A stretch of 64,000 nt of DNA, taken from NCBI GenBank assembly GCA_964187785.1, contig OZ076419.1, positions 9,362,001 through 9,426,000 on the forward strand, written 5' to 3'. The notes under the pieces are model-generated. The model saw only the letters and a list, made by a program, of their open reading frames with translations. It was not told the DNA's origin and searched no databases. Below, one piece after another: positions 24,821-36,000 of the stretch. A program made the translations under genes and the position numbers. The stretch comes from Amphiscolops sp. MND2022 (Eukaryota). How positions within the stretch are numbered: the first letter of the stretch is position 1; every line of letters begins with the position of its first letter.

Positions 24821-27296
24821 AACGGCCGAGAACAATCCTCAGACCAACTTTCAAAAAAGAACGTCAGTTTCTCCACCATTCAATAACGTCCTAGTTTTAC
24901 AACGGCCGAGGACTTTCCTCAGACCAGGTATGAGCGAAGTTGTCATTGATTGTTGATTGCACAAATGCGAAAGTCAGAACACGTAGTTCAAATCAGTATG
25001 AAATATATCCTTGTCGTAAAATCTAATTGTGTTCAAAACCCTCACTGACGATACTGGCCAAGAACGTTTTATCCAGGTTGGGCTTCAAAACGCACTTTCC
25101 GGAGATTTTTGACACGCTAAGTGTTTCCAGCTCGCTGAGTTCACCAAAAAGAAAAATTTGATTCACAGAAACATCGTCAGTTGGGCAAACTGAAAAGCTC
25201 TTATTCAGTGAAAATTGGCGGACAACAGCAATTGTTCTTCCCGAGCAGAGAGCGAAGACTTCCACTCGATAAAAAGCTAATTCTTTTGTCCACACCACAG
25301 CATTCGCCCAATTGTCATTCAATCTGGTATACGACAGTGAGTTGAAAACCAAACCTTCAGGGTTTTTCCAACGACCACTGAATGAAAAAGTATTTTCGAA
25401 ACGCAAGCAGAACTTCCGACAAACGTCCGGAACACTCGTTAAGGCGGCGAAGTTCGTCTCATTAGACATGTGAGTCGCCCCGTTGTTTGGCAAATCCTTC
25501 TGATTGGAATCTCATTGGAATTCTAATACTCAACTCAAGTCAAAACATCAAAATTGAATTTTCTTCATGCATATCAAACGGCCGAGAACATTCCCCTCAG
25601 ACCATGAAAAAAGTAAAGTCATAACTATAAATGCTATATAAAAAAAAGTGGGAAAGTTTTGAAACTCAGATTGGGGAAAAATTTAAAGTTCCGATGGGCT
25701 GCAAAACGGCCGAGGACAATCCTCAGACCAAGAGTAATGACATTCGGCATTTATTTCAAGCACAGATATGCCGTCGAAACAAAATAAATACAACTTCTCA
25801 CACAAAAATTGTTGTTTCCTGCAGACCGAAAAACAAACAAAAAACACAAGGACTGAAAGAAAAATGAACCATAATAGTTCAAACCTCATTGCAAAAACGA
25901 GGCTGCAAAGAGCAAAAGCGAAATGTCGAAAAGTTCGGTTTTTGTGAAATATTTATATGGAAGTAATTCACTTGTTTGCTGTGAACAACCTATCTCATTG
26001 GAATTCTAATACTCAACTCAAGTCAAAACACCAAACCTTTCTTCTAGTTTAGAATTCAAATTGCTGAGAACATTCCTCAGAACGATGGAAAAAACGTTGA
26101 AGTCATATTCATAAGTAGAGATGCAAAAACAAACCGACCAGTGGCAAACTTCCAGAGTTCAGAATGCAAAAATTTTTTTGAATAGCAGCACAACGGCCGA
26201 GGACAATCCTCTGACCAAGTATGATAACAGCAGGCAAAACTGAAAGTTGCAACTTCTCAGCAAAAATTATTAGTTTACTGTCTAGTAATTTAATAAACTA
26301 CAAATTTCCGCAAAACGAACCAAAACAGTTCATAAGTCAACGCAAAAACGAGGCTGAAGTGAGCATCAGCGAAATGTCGACAGAAAACTTCGGGATTGCA
26401 AATGTTTCATTCGGAATTTACCTCAGTGCAGGAAACAGCCGAACCCACTGATATGCCAATATTTAAATCGAGCCAAAACATCAAACCTTTTGTCTAGTTT
26501 AGAATTCAAATTGCTGAGAACATTCCTCAGAACGATGGAAAAAACGTTGATGTAATATTCATAAGTAGAGATGCAAAAACAAACCGACCAGTGGCAAACT
26601 TTCAGAGTTCAGAATGCAAAAATTTTTTCAAATTGCAGCACAACGGCCGAGGACAATCCTCTGACCAAGTATGATAACAGCAGGCAAAACTGAAAGTTGC
26701 AACTTCTCAGCAAAAATTATTAGTTTACTGTCTAGTATTTTATTAAACTACAAATTTCCGCAAAACGAACCAAAATAGTTCATAAGTCACCGCAAAAACG
26801 AGGCTGAAGTGAGCATCAGCGAAATGTCGACAGAAAACTTCGGGATTGCAAATGTTTCATTCGGAATTTACCTCAGTGCAGGAAACAGCCGAACCCACTG
26901 ATATGCCAATATTCAAATCGAGCCAAAACATCAAACCTTTTGTCTAGTTTTGAATTCAAATTGACGAGAACATTCCTCAGACCGATGGAAAAAACGTTGA
27001 TGTCATATTCATAAGATGCAAAAAACAAACCGACCAGTGACAAACTTTCAGGGCTCAGAATGGAAAGAACTTTTTGAATAGCAGCACAACGGCCGAGGAC
27101 AATCCTCAGACCAAGTATAACGATACCAGGCATATATTTTAGAGCACAAAATGGTCGTTCGATAGGAACTGAAGAACGTTCAAAGTGAACAAAAAATAGA
27201 AACCCAAAAAGTGAAGAAACCCACAACAGATGTCTAAAGGTTCAGATAAAATTTTGAAAGCAATCAGTAAAACGGCCGTGGACAATCCACAGACCA
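24821..27296 (+). repeat. Array of a ~26-bp hairpin motif AACGGCCGAGGACAATCCTCAGACCA, including a ~450-bp tandem triplication (26025-27120)
   Basis: Copies at 24821, 24901, 25577, 25705, ~26059, 26192, ~26509, 26642, ~26959, 27088 and 27270, plus an outlier at ~28145. Confidence 0.8.
25023..25493 (-). pseudogene. Probable C-terminal fragment of a CACTA/EnSpm-type transposase
   Basis: VFNSLSYTRL..N.AVVW..LAFYRVEVF..TIAVV...ETLSVSKISGKCVL..FLASIVSEGFEHN matches the xNSxxYxR..F..I..KC..FEH pattern I associate with animal EnSpm transposase C-termini. Recognised by eye only. Confidence 0.45.
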
Positions 27297-27394
27297 TATA
27301 CAAAAATGTAAAAGTTTAAAAGTGCAACGGAATTATTTGAAGACGACTTTTTGCCCGCTCAACAGCAATTACATGGAACATTGATTCATTAAAT

Positions 27395-27994
27395 TCATTC
27401 ATGCATTTCACGCCATCTTCTTTTAGAAGGACGATTTTTGCCACCACTCCTGTATTTGTTTGGCAAGTAACACAATGTATCCAGAGTTATGACATCTTGC
27501 ATGAGTTGAAGGAATTTCGCCTCAACCGTGTCATGAAGATGAATTTTCATCAACTGTTGTGCCGAAAAAGACCTACGAACAATTCGTTTCATATTGAGAT
27601 ATGTCAAGCCGACTGGTGTTATTTGCGGAAGGATATCCAAAAGAATTGTAACTGCGTCGGATCTTTGCAAATAGCAGAAGGCAACGACACCATAACTCAT
27701 TGCCTCCTGTAGTTGTGACTTGATTGCTGGCACAGAACTGCTGGCAGTGCTCTCAAAAACTGTCTCGAAACTAGACAAAGAGTTAGATATGAGATCGTGC
27801 CAAAGTATTACAGGGGCATCAGTATTGAAAGGATTTGTCTTCAGAACAGATAAAACATTTTTCTTCGACTTTTCGCGGTTGAAAGACAAGCCCGGAATCG
27901 CTTTTATACACAGGGAGTTGTAGGAATTCATTGAGAGATCATCGATATATCGGCTCAGCGATGAAGCAGCGAGAATATTAAACTTCACAAACAT
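27395..27994 (-). CDS. 199-aa ORF, possible degenerate SGNH/GDSL-esterase-like fold
   Basis: Open 199-codon frame in non-repetitive sequence. ILAASSLSR / AIPGLS / VILWHDLISNS / KIHL are spaced like SGNH blocks I, II, III and V but lack the canonical catalytic residues. Confidence 0.35.
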   Translation of the reverse strand: MFVKFNILAASSLSRYIDDLSMNSYNSLCIKAIPGLSFNREKSKKNVLSVLKTNPFNTDAPVILWHDLISNSLSSFETVFESTASSSVPAIKSQLQEAMSYGVVAFCYLQRSDAVTILLDILPQITPVGLTYLNMKRIVRRSFSAQQLMKIHLHDTVEAKFLQLMQDVITLDTLCYLPNKYRSGGKNRPSKRRWREMHE

Positions 27995-28435
27995 CCTAAT
28001 TATATGAAAAGACAGACTGTGTAAGTCATCAGACTAGAATATTTCAGAAACCATGAGATCTATATTGTTCGAGAAATACTGTATCGAATTCGAAAAACAA
28101 TGAAACAGCTGATTTAAAATGTATTTTGCAATTCGCAAACATGCGAGGCCGAGAAGAAAGCTCAGACCATGAGGGAATAATCAAGACTCGGATTTTTCTA
28201 AAAGATTGTTTTTCGTCTGAAAAATCATTCAACACAGAGGCGAAGCGGTGCTTCGCAACAAATGACGAAGACATCGATTCAATCGAATGCGTATATATTC
28301 AACAGTTCAACACTTATGCTGTGCAATCGGGAGGCTGCAGGTTCGAATCTCTCTGGGGTTTTGGCTTTATAATTTTAAAACCGTCAACTATAAATTTATC
28401 GCAGGAATCACCAAATAAATCCATACAAATAGTGA

Positions 28436-29815
28436 TGTTAGACGTTATTTTCATAAAAATATGGTGATTTTAGACGTTATTCCCAAAAAAGTGATTTCAG
28501 GCGTTACTCCTCAAAAATAATGAATTTAGACGTTATTCTATGAACAAACGGTGATTTCAGACGTTATTCCAGTAGAATACGGTGTTCTTAGATCTTATTC
28601 TACCAAAAAATAATTTTAGACGTTATTCCTCAAAAATACGGTGATTTTAGACGTTATTCCCAAAAAAGTGATTTCAGGCGTTACTCCTTAAAAATAATGA
28701 ATTTAGACGTTATTCTATGAACAAACGGTTATTTCAGACGTTATTCCATTAGAATACGGTGTTTTTAGATCTCATTCTACCAAAATACAGTGATTTTAGA
28801 CGTTATTCCACAAAAATACGGTGATTTTAGACGTTATTCCCAAAAAAGTGATTTCAGGCGTTATTCCTCAAAAATATTGAATTTAGACGTTATTCTATGA
28901 ACAAACGGTTATTTCAGACGTTATTCCAGTAGAATACGGTGTTCTTAGATCTTATTCTACCAAAAAATAATTTTAGACGTTATTCCTCAAAAATACGGTG
29001 ATTTTAGACGTTATTCCCAAAAAAGTGATTTCAGGCGTTACTCCTTAAAAATAATGAATTTAGACTTTATTCTATGAACAAACGGTTATTTCAGACGTTA
29101 TTTCATTAGAATACGGTGTTTTTAGATCTCATTCTACCAAAATACAAAGATTTTAGACGTTATTCCACAAAAATACGGTGATTTTAGACGTTATTCCCAA
29201 AAAAGTGATTTCAGGCGTTATTCCTCAAAAATATTGAATTTAGACATTATTCTATCAAAAAACTTTTATTAAAGACGTTATTCCAGTAGAATACGGTGTT
29301 TTTAGATGTTATTCTACCAAAATAAAGTGATTTTAGACGTTATTCCTCAAAAATACGGTGATTTTAGACGTTTTTCCCAAAAAAGTGATTTTAGGCATTA
29401 TTCCTCAAAAATAATGAATTTAGACGTTATTCTATCAACAAACTGTTATTTCAGACGTTATTCCAGTAGATTACGGTGTTTTTAGATCTTATTCTACCAA
29501 AATACAGTGATTTTAGACGTTATTCCACAAAAATACGGTGATTTTAGACGTTATTCCCAAAAAAGTGATTTCAGGCGTTATTCCTCAAAAATATTGAATT
29601 TAGACGTTATTCTATCAAAAAACGGTTATTATTCCAGTAGAATACGGTGTTTTTAGATGTTATTCTACCAAAATAAAGTGATTTTAGACGTTATTCCACA
29701 AAAATACGGTGATTTTAGAGGTTATTCCTAAAAAAGTGATTTTAGGCGTTATTCCTCAAAAATAGTGAATTTAGACCTTTTTTCACCAAAAAACGGTTAT
29801 TTTGGATCTTATTCC
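28436..29815 (+). repeat. 30-bp minisatellite with a 6-mer (177-180 bp) higher-order repeat
   Basis: Unit GATTTTAGACGTTATTC-N-AAAAATACGGT. The variant TCCCAAAAAAGTG recurs at 28481, 28658, 28838, 29015, 29195, 29375 and 29555. Confidence 0.95.
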
Positions 29816-29829
29816 AACAAAAATATGAA

Positions 29830-29940
29830 TCTAGACCATCTCCATCTAAAATTTCTGACAATCTTCCAAATTTGGACCATTTCCATCTAAAATTTCCGAC
29901 AATATTCCAAATTTGGACCATTTTCATCTAAAATTTATGA
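29830..29940 (+). repeat. Short ~41-bp tandem repeat (~2.5 units)
   Basis: GGACCATTTCCATCTAAAATTTCCGACAATATTCCAAATTT repeated. Confidence 0.75.
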
Positions 29941-30048
29941 AAATCTAACCTAAAAATTAAACACAAAGTCCTTTTTTCAAGCGGCTTCAGGAAACGCGGT
30001 ACCAAAAAGCGTCCTTGGTGCTAGCCGGGTCATTAATGTTACCCTGAT

Positions 30049-31806
30049 TGTCGCAGGCTGCCGCTTGCGATGGGACACGAATCACAACGACTACCAACGA
30101 GCAAGAAGCCGTACCAGGCACTTTACCCACATTTTAGGAGAATTATTCAAAACTTTCAGTAAAACTCACTGTTGTTTTATTACATTCATTATGTATTCGG
30201 ATTTTGGTTTTATACCGCAAAATGAATATTAGTCTGATTAATACCCGTGTTAGAATTCAAACGGTGATGATTATGTTTATATGATGAATTGTTTAGCAGT
30301 GACGTAATGTAATAAAGGCAAGTGTAAAGCTTAACGGATACGAGTTCAAGTGAACAAAACTCCAATTCCGGAGACGTCACTTGAGCTCATTCCGTCAGCC
30401 AATCATAACGCTCTATCCTGCTGTGCATTATACTGTCATATTTGTTTGGCCGTATACGGCCACTTGACGCTATACCTTATTTTGTAAGCGGACCAAAGGT
30501 AAATGGCCGGATTAGGCCATTCAAACTATTAGCTTATGTAATTGTTTAATTTGAGTATGCATGTTATTTAAAGTCATGTAGGATTATATTTGTATTTAGA
30601 AGGCGCTAATGGGGCTATTTAAACCCAATTGATGTAGTTGTGACCACCAGTCATGAAACTCTAAATACTAGTCCAGTGGACTAAACCGGTCACTTTAATT
30701 GGCTGGTACCTTTGTCAAATGGCCGAATTGGGCCACGCTCACCTTTTATTAGTGCATATAATTAGAGTTGCTACCTGATGAATTAGCCTGCGTGTGCAGG
30801 CACGTGCCTTAGATACCTCACATACCTGTTGACACAAATATTACTTGGAAGTGTCTGAACATGTATTTGCCTTGATGTTAATTGTTACGGGAATGCGGAC
30901 TAAACCGTCCCTCGTACTTTGAAGCTATCATGAGTATGTAATTGAGTACATTCTTCAGGAATTCTTCCGACCCTAAATTCCTGAATCACTTTGATGCAAT
31001 AGCTATTTTTCAATCCTCGTAAAATCTCATGATCCTTTAAAATATGTAAACATTTCAATAATATGTGGAAAATGTGAGTGTCATGCCTCAGGAGGTATAT
31101 ATATACACCCCCCTCCTGAGGGGACACAATTTGCTTTCTTTTCATAACGTTCAGTTCATTAATATTACCAGTTTTCCGAACTAATTCAATATTAACCTCG
31201 GACTTTCTTTCTAAATGCCTACTACTAGGAAACAGAAGAAAGCAAGGAAATCTAGAGAAGCAGAAATGCTATCAGACATTGAGAATTTGGATATTATGCT
31301 CGGAGGAAACCACTTTGATAGAAATGAGAGAAGTGAAAGTGTGAGTAGTAATCAGGCCGGTAGGCCAGAAAGCTTATTTGGAGATGAATTTGGAGATGAG
31401 AATGAGAATGAGTTCCCAAACCCGGGAAATAATGGACCTAGCCCAAATACCGAATTAGGCCAAAATTCAATCAGAGAGAGTTCAAGTGTTGAGATCAATA
31501 GACTGTCGAGTGAGTTAAATTCCCGTATATCTCGAGAGATGGATGAAATGATGAATAGCGTCAGTGTTCAGATTCAAAGGGCCATAAATGAGGCAATCAG
31601 TAGTCAAATTTTGCCTCAAATCCAAAATGCAGTTATGGCCGGGTCGGGACAGTTGACCAAAGAGAGATGGAACGTTCCGGCTGAGAGACCAGAAGGATAT
31701 TCCGAAGTGCTGCAAAACTTAGAACCTAGGAACAATTCTAAGAGTAAGCAGGCCAATGACCGTCTCAAAGTTGGATTCACAAGCACGAATTCTCGTGCTT
31801 ACGACA
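30049..31806 (+). repeat. 5' LTR of element A (1758 bp)
   Basis: Matches 43957-45716 with roughly a dozen substitutions and one 2-bp TA indel (by eye, ~99%). Confidence 0.95.
31086..31130 (+). promoter_or_regulatory. Candidate LTR core promoter: TATA-like run inside a 10-bp stem, followed by conserved GGACACAATT
   Basis: CCTCAGGAGG-TATATATATACACCCC-CCTCCTGAGG. The CCTGAG..GGACACAATT motif is also in the B LTRs and the solo LTR, about 85-100 nt before the gag ATG. Confidence 0.5.
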
Positions 31807-31818
31807 TGGTGACAGGAG
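31807..31818 (+). promoter_or_regulatory. Primer-binding site TGGTGACAGGAG
   Basis: Immediately follows the LTR end ACGACA; identical in B (62703-62714, minus strand). The priming tRNA cannot be identified without the host tRNA set. Confidence 0.85.
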
Positions 31819-32925
31819 AAAACGAATCTCCAATCGAAGTTCCTGAGTTTCTCACGGGACGAATGCCATCCACCAGTCATCTCAACAGATCAAATGATGA
31901 CCTTCCCCTGCTCGACACGACGATCCCGGCGCAAAAACGACCCGCTCTGGCACCAGAACAAGACCCGATCAACAGGCTAGCTGACGTCTTGACAAGTATG
32001 CAGAATCGCCCGACAGCCCAGCAACTCACAATCCGCCCAGTCAACTCAAACACTATGACGTTTGACGGCAAAAGTGAGAAGTTCGAGCTGTTTGAAGATT
32101 TATTCCATACGATGATCAAGATGCAGCCTGACATGACGGAACAAATGAAAATTAATCATTTTCATTCCTTGCTGAGAAAGAATGCACTCCAAACATTCAG
32201 AAACATCAGCACTGCAAATAGACAAACTCTTGAGGACGTACTCGTTATTTTCAGACGAAAATACGTCAAACCTGAATCACAGGCAACTGCCAAACATAAA
32301 TGGCACCGCGATCCTTCGATCCTAACACGACCAAATTGCCAGATTTTCTTGAGGAGCTCAATCAAGGAGCAGAAAAGGCCCTTGGAGACAATGCTCAGAA
32401 AATGATTGACAGTCTCCTATATGCCAAACTGCCACCAAAGCTCAAAAGATCAGTAAACATGGCTAGACTTGAGAATGGCTCGTACGATGAAATTGTCGCT
32501 CATCTAGAAAGAGAACTAGAATTGAATGCACTTGAAGAATCAGAAGACCTACCCATGGCGTCAATGACATCATCGGTCACGAAACCAAAAACTGTTCCTT
32601 CTAATACACAAATAAGTGATATTACGTGCAATTATTGTAAGGAAAAGGGCCACATGGTCAAAGATTGTGAAAAATTAAAAAAGAAAAAGGAAAAAGATGC
32701 CCAACAAGGCAAGACGACTCAGAAGAAGACCTATCCTAAATGTGGTACTTGTGGCAAGACGAACCATCCGGAGGAGAGATGTTGGCAAGGGGCAGGTGCG
32801 CACCTTAAACTTAAACGCACCAGACCAGAAGACTCGTCGGACAATGACCCCGACTCCAAAACCTTAAAATCGAACTACAGACCAGCATCTTCCAACAGCC
32901 AATCCTCATCAAGTAAAGATGAGTC

Positions 32926-32935
32926 AAAAAACTAG
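32926..32935 (+). promoter_or_regulatory. Programmed -1 ribosomal frameshift site A_AAA_AAC at the gag stop
   Basis: TCA AAA AAC TAG. The -1 frame (CTA at 32932) is open and in frame with the pol ATG at 33034. The same heptamer plus TAA is present in B (61588-61597). Confidence 0.85.
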
Positions 32936-33033
32936 CTTCGCCACGACTCCACTATGACCAACTAGTCTCTGTCCGACAATACATCAAATCGGACCCTCCA
33001 ACTAAAAACTTTCATAACTATCAGCAACAATTA

Positions 33034-36000
33034 ATGGGCTATCCTTCTGTTGTCTGGCAGCAGCAGATGGAAAAAGCTACCATTATTACTTACAATAATA
33101 CCCATTTGTTCCAGAAACCAATTCCTGTATGGGATCCTGATTACACATCTGCTTTCAATAGCCGATTCAGGCCCATTCCCTTGGTAGACGATTACAACCC
33201 TACCTACATAGACCCCGATTATGGACGAGATCCCTATTGGGACACGGAACTCTACAACCAAGATCTGCTACAATTCCAATACGTCATTGATGATATCGAA
33301 CTCTACAATAAATTAGCCCATGAAAATCCTCCAATCACCCACAACAAGAAAACTAGAGCATTGATTGAAACCTGGCAAATGAATGATGGCACAAGCCATC
33401 CGGTGTTCCCAAATCCCCTGGGGACCGAGACTACCGAAAACATGGAAGAAACAGTCCCACAGTCGCTATTAGATGAAAGTCAGTTCCAAAACGTTCTTAT
33501 TACCAGAGATGGTGAACCGGACTGCATACCCCTGTCCACCAACATAAATCTGAAATGCAAGAAACGCATGCTATATTTCCCCATGGATTTTGGGGAATTG
33601 ACCATAGACGGACTTATCGACACTGGTGCATTATCCAGTGCAATCCCAGAGATGGACCTCCGGAAAATCAGACTCTTATCGCCACAATCAGTAATCCGGG
33701 AAGGTCCGCCTCCAAACTTCCAGATAATGGTCGCAAATGGGCAACTAGAGACTCCCAAGAGTACAATAGAGCTCAAATTCGAAGTTGGTGACATAGAGTT
33801 CCATGAAATTTTTATAGTAATGGAACACTTGACAGGACCGATTATAGGACTGATGTTTCCACAGAGAAATCATACAGTACTGGACATGAGACAAGGAATA
33901 CTGAACTTTCCGTTCTTTTCAATGCAGCTCAAAACAGCTGATCATAAATACTCGAACGTGCTAGAGCCAATTCTAAACCCTACTGAAATAACCATTCCGC
34001 CAAACGACAGAGTCCTGATTAGGACCAATTCCTTCTTATACCCTGAAAACACGGTCACAGGAATTTTGCAACCGAGCGACCTTCTCCATGAAGAAGGCGA
34101 CATCACATTCTGTCCAGCCTTGGTCACCTTGAATGACGGCAATATATTGATACCGGTGAATAACTTCACAGACCACCCTTACAAGCTCAAAAAGGGACTC
34201 CATATTGCTAGTTTTTCAGTCATGACGCCAGAACAAATGAAATATGTCAAACCGGTAGACCCGGCATCAACCTGGCATTTGTTGCAAAACGACCAAGAGC
34301 AAGCAGCCCATTACGTCAGTAGCCTGATCAAGATGAACAAAAATTCACAAAACTCCGAAAACTACTGGTTCCCAACTCCGGAAAATCCAGGGAATCCAGA
34401 AGAACACACTCCAATCCAGAAAAGAATCCTCCGCGAACTACAAGCCCTACAGGACCTAGAATCCCTTGATCCCACGAAAGACGAGGAATCTAGGGGAAAA
34501 TTCTTGGGAAATTTTGATTGGAAAGACTCCACCCTAATCCTTGAAGAGAAAGCCAAAATTGAAGAAATGCTAGTGGAATTTCACGACATTTTTGCGAGAC
34601 ACAGATTTGATATAGGCATGAATGAGGAATTCAAGGTGAAATTGACGCCTAAGGACGATTCCCCAGCCTATAGCCAAAGCCTCCCTGCGCCAATAAACTT
34701 GAAAGAGGACATATTAGTCGAATTAGCCATGCTCCATAAATATGGCATAATAACTACTTTACCGTTCTCGAAATACGCCAGCCCAATATTCGCGCAAAAG
34801 AAACCAAATGGGAAACTGAGACTTCTGGTTGACTTGAGAAAAATCAACAACCTAATCTCTGATGATTATATAAACAATAACCACCCAGTCAGTACCTTAG
34901 TTGATGCCGCTCAACACTTAGCGGGGAAAAAACTGTTCTGTAAATTAGACTGTTCACAGGCATACCACTGCCTGCCGATGGCTGACCAGCGATCAATTGA
35001 AATGTTGGCCTTCAATTTCGCCAGCCGCACATTTGCCTACAGACGATTGGCACAAGGCCTTAGTAGGGCGCTGTCCGCATTCTCCAGTTTCATGAGGGAA
35101 TACCTCGACAAAGTCATAAAAGCGGATCAGTGTGCCCAGTACGTGGACGATATCGGCATCGCAGCCAACGACGCTGACCATCTCATTGCTAACCTAAGAG
35201 CAACTTTCAAATGCATTCAGGAAGCAGGCCTTAAATTGACGATGCACAAGTGTCATTTTGGTGCCACAGAAATTGATTTCCTCGGACGAACGATTACTCC
35301 ACAAGGCGTCAAACCCCAACGGCAGAACGTTCAGAATTTTCTAGAAAAAACCAAATTTCCAAAGTCGAAAAAGGTTTTGCAAAGATATTTGGGTTTCCTG
35401 AACTACTACCGAAACTACGTCCCAAGACTGTCCGAACGCCTTGCTCCATTCTACAAGATGCTGAAAAGTGACGAAAAAGTCCTAGTATCAAGAGAATTGG
35501 TACAGCAATTTGAGGAAATCAACCGAGCTCTGGACAAATGTTGCGACTTAGCCTTACAACAACCCATTCCTAACAAGCAGATTGCACTCATGACAGATGC
35601 AAGTTTCGGAGCTGCAGGATACGCAGTACTCATTGAAGATGACCCGAGTCAGAAATTCACGTCAATCCGCAAATCATATGCACCGGTCGCTTATGGTTCA
35701 AAAACCTTCACCCCAGCCCAGATAAAGATGTCAATTTATGCAAAAGAATTTCTTGCGATTTATTTCGCATTCAAAGAATTTGGGCATATTTTTTGGGGAG
35801 CGCCGAAACCGGTCATAATTCTAACCGACAACAAAGCCGTAACAAGATTCTTTCAGACGAAAGTCGTACCCCCAGCTCTGTGGAATGCATGCGACTATGT
35901 AATTCAGGTCAATTTTGTCATTGCGCACATCCCAGGAGCACAGAATACGGCAGCGGATTACTTGTCCCGATTGGAAGCAGACCCAAAGGACAAATTAGTA

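Larger units (their letters stand above)
31215..32935 (+). pseudogene. gag: gag of element A (~570 aa), with a 1-nt frameshift near 32310
   Basis: ORFs 31215-32405 and 32300-32935 join to match the single frame of B gag (KWHRLVFDPN). Capsid-like region FDGKSEKFELFEDLF; two CCHC knuckles CNYCKEKGHMVKDC and CGTCGKTNHPEERC. Confidence 0.9.

Noticed and set aside
24821-27296. CRISPR-like array or hammerhead ribozymes (CTGAGGA on the minus strand fits CUGANGA)
   Set aside because: The context is eukaryotic, spacer lengths range from 50 to 650 bp and several are duplicates, and there are no cas genes. The hammerhead GAAA core and stems I/III are missing.
24060-28434. CACTA...TAGTG termini for the EnSpm-like remnant
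   Set aside because: The CACTA at 24060 lies inside a separate MITE, the match does not extend beyond 5 bp, and the flanks (GAT versus ATG) are not a TSD.
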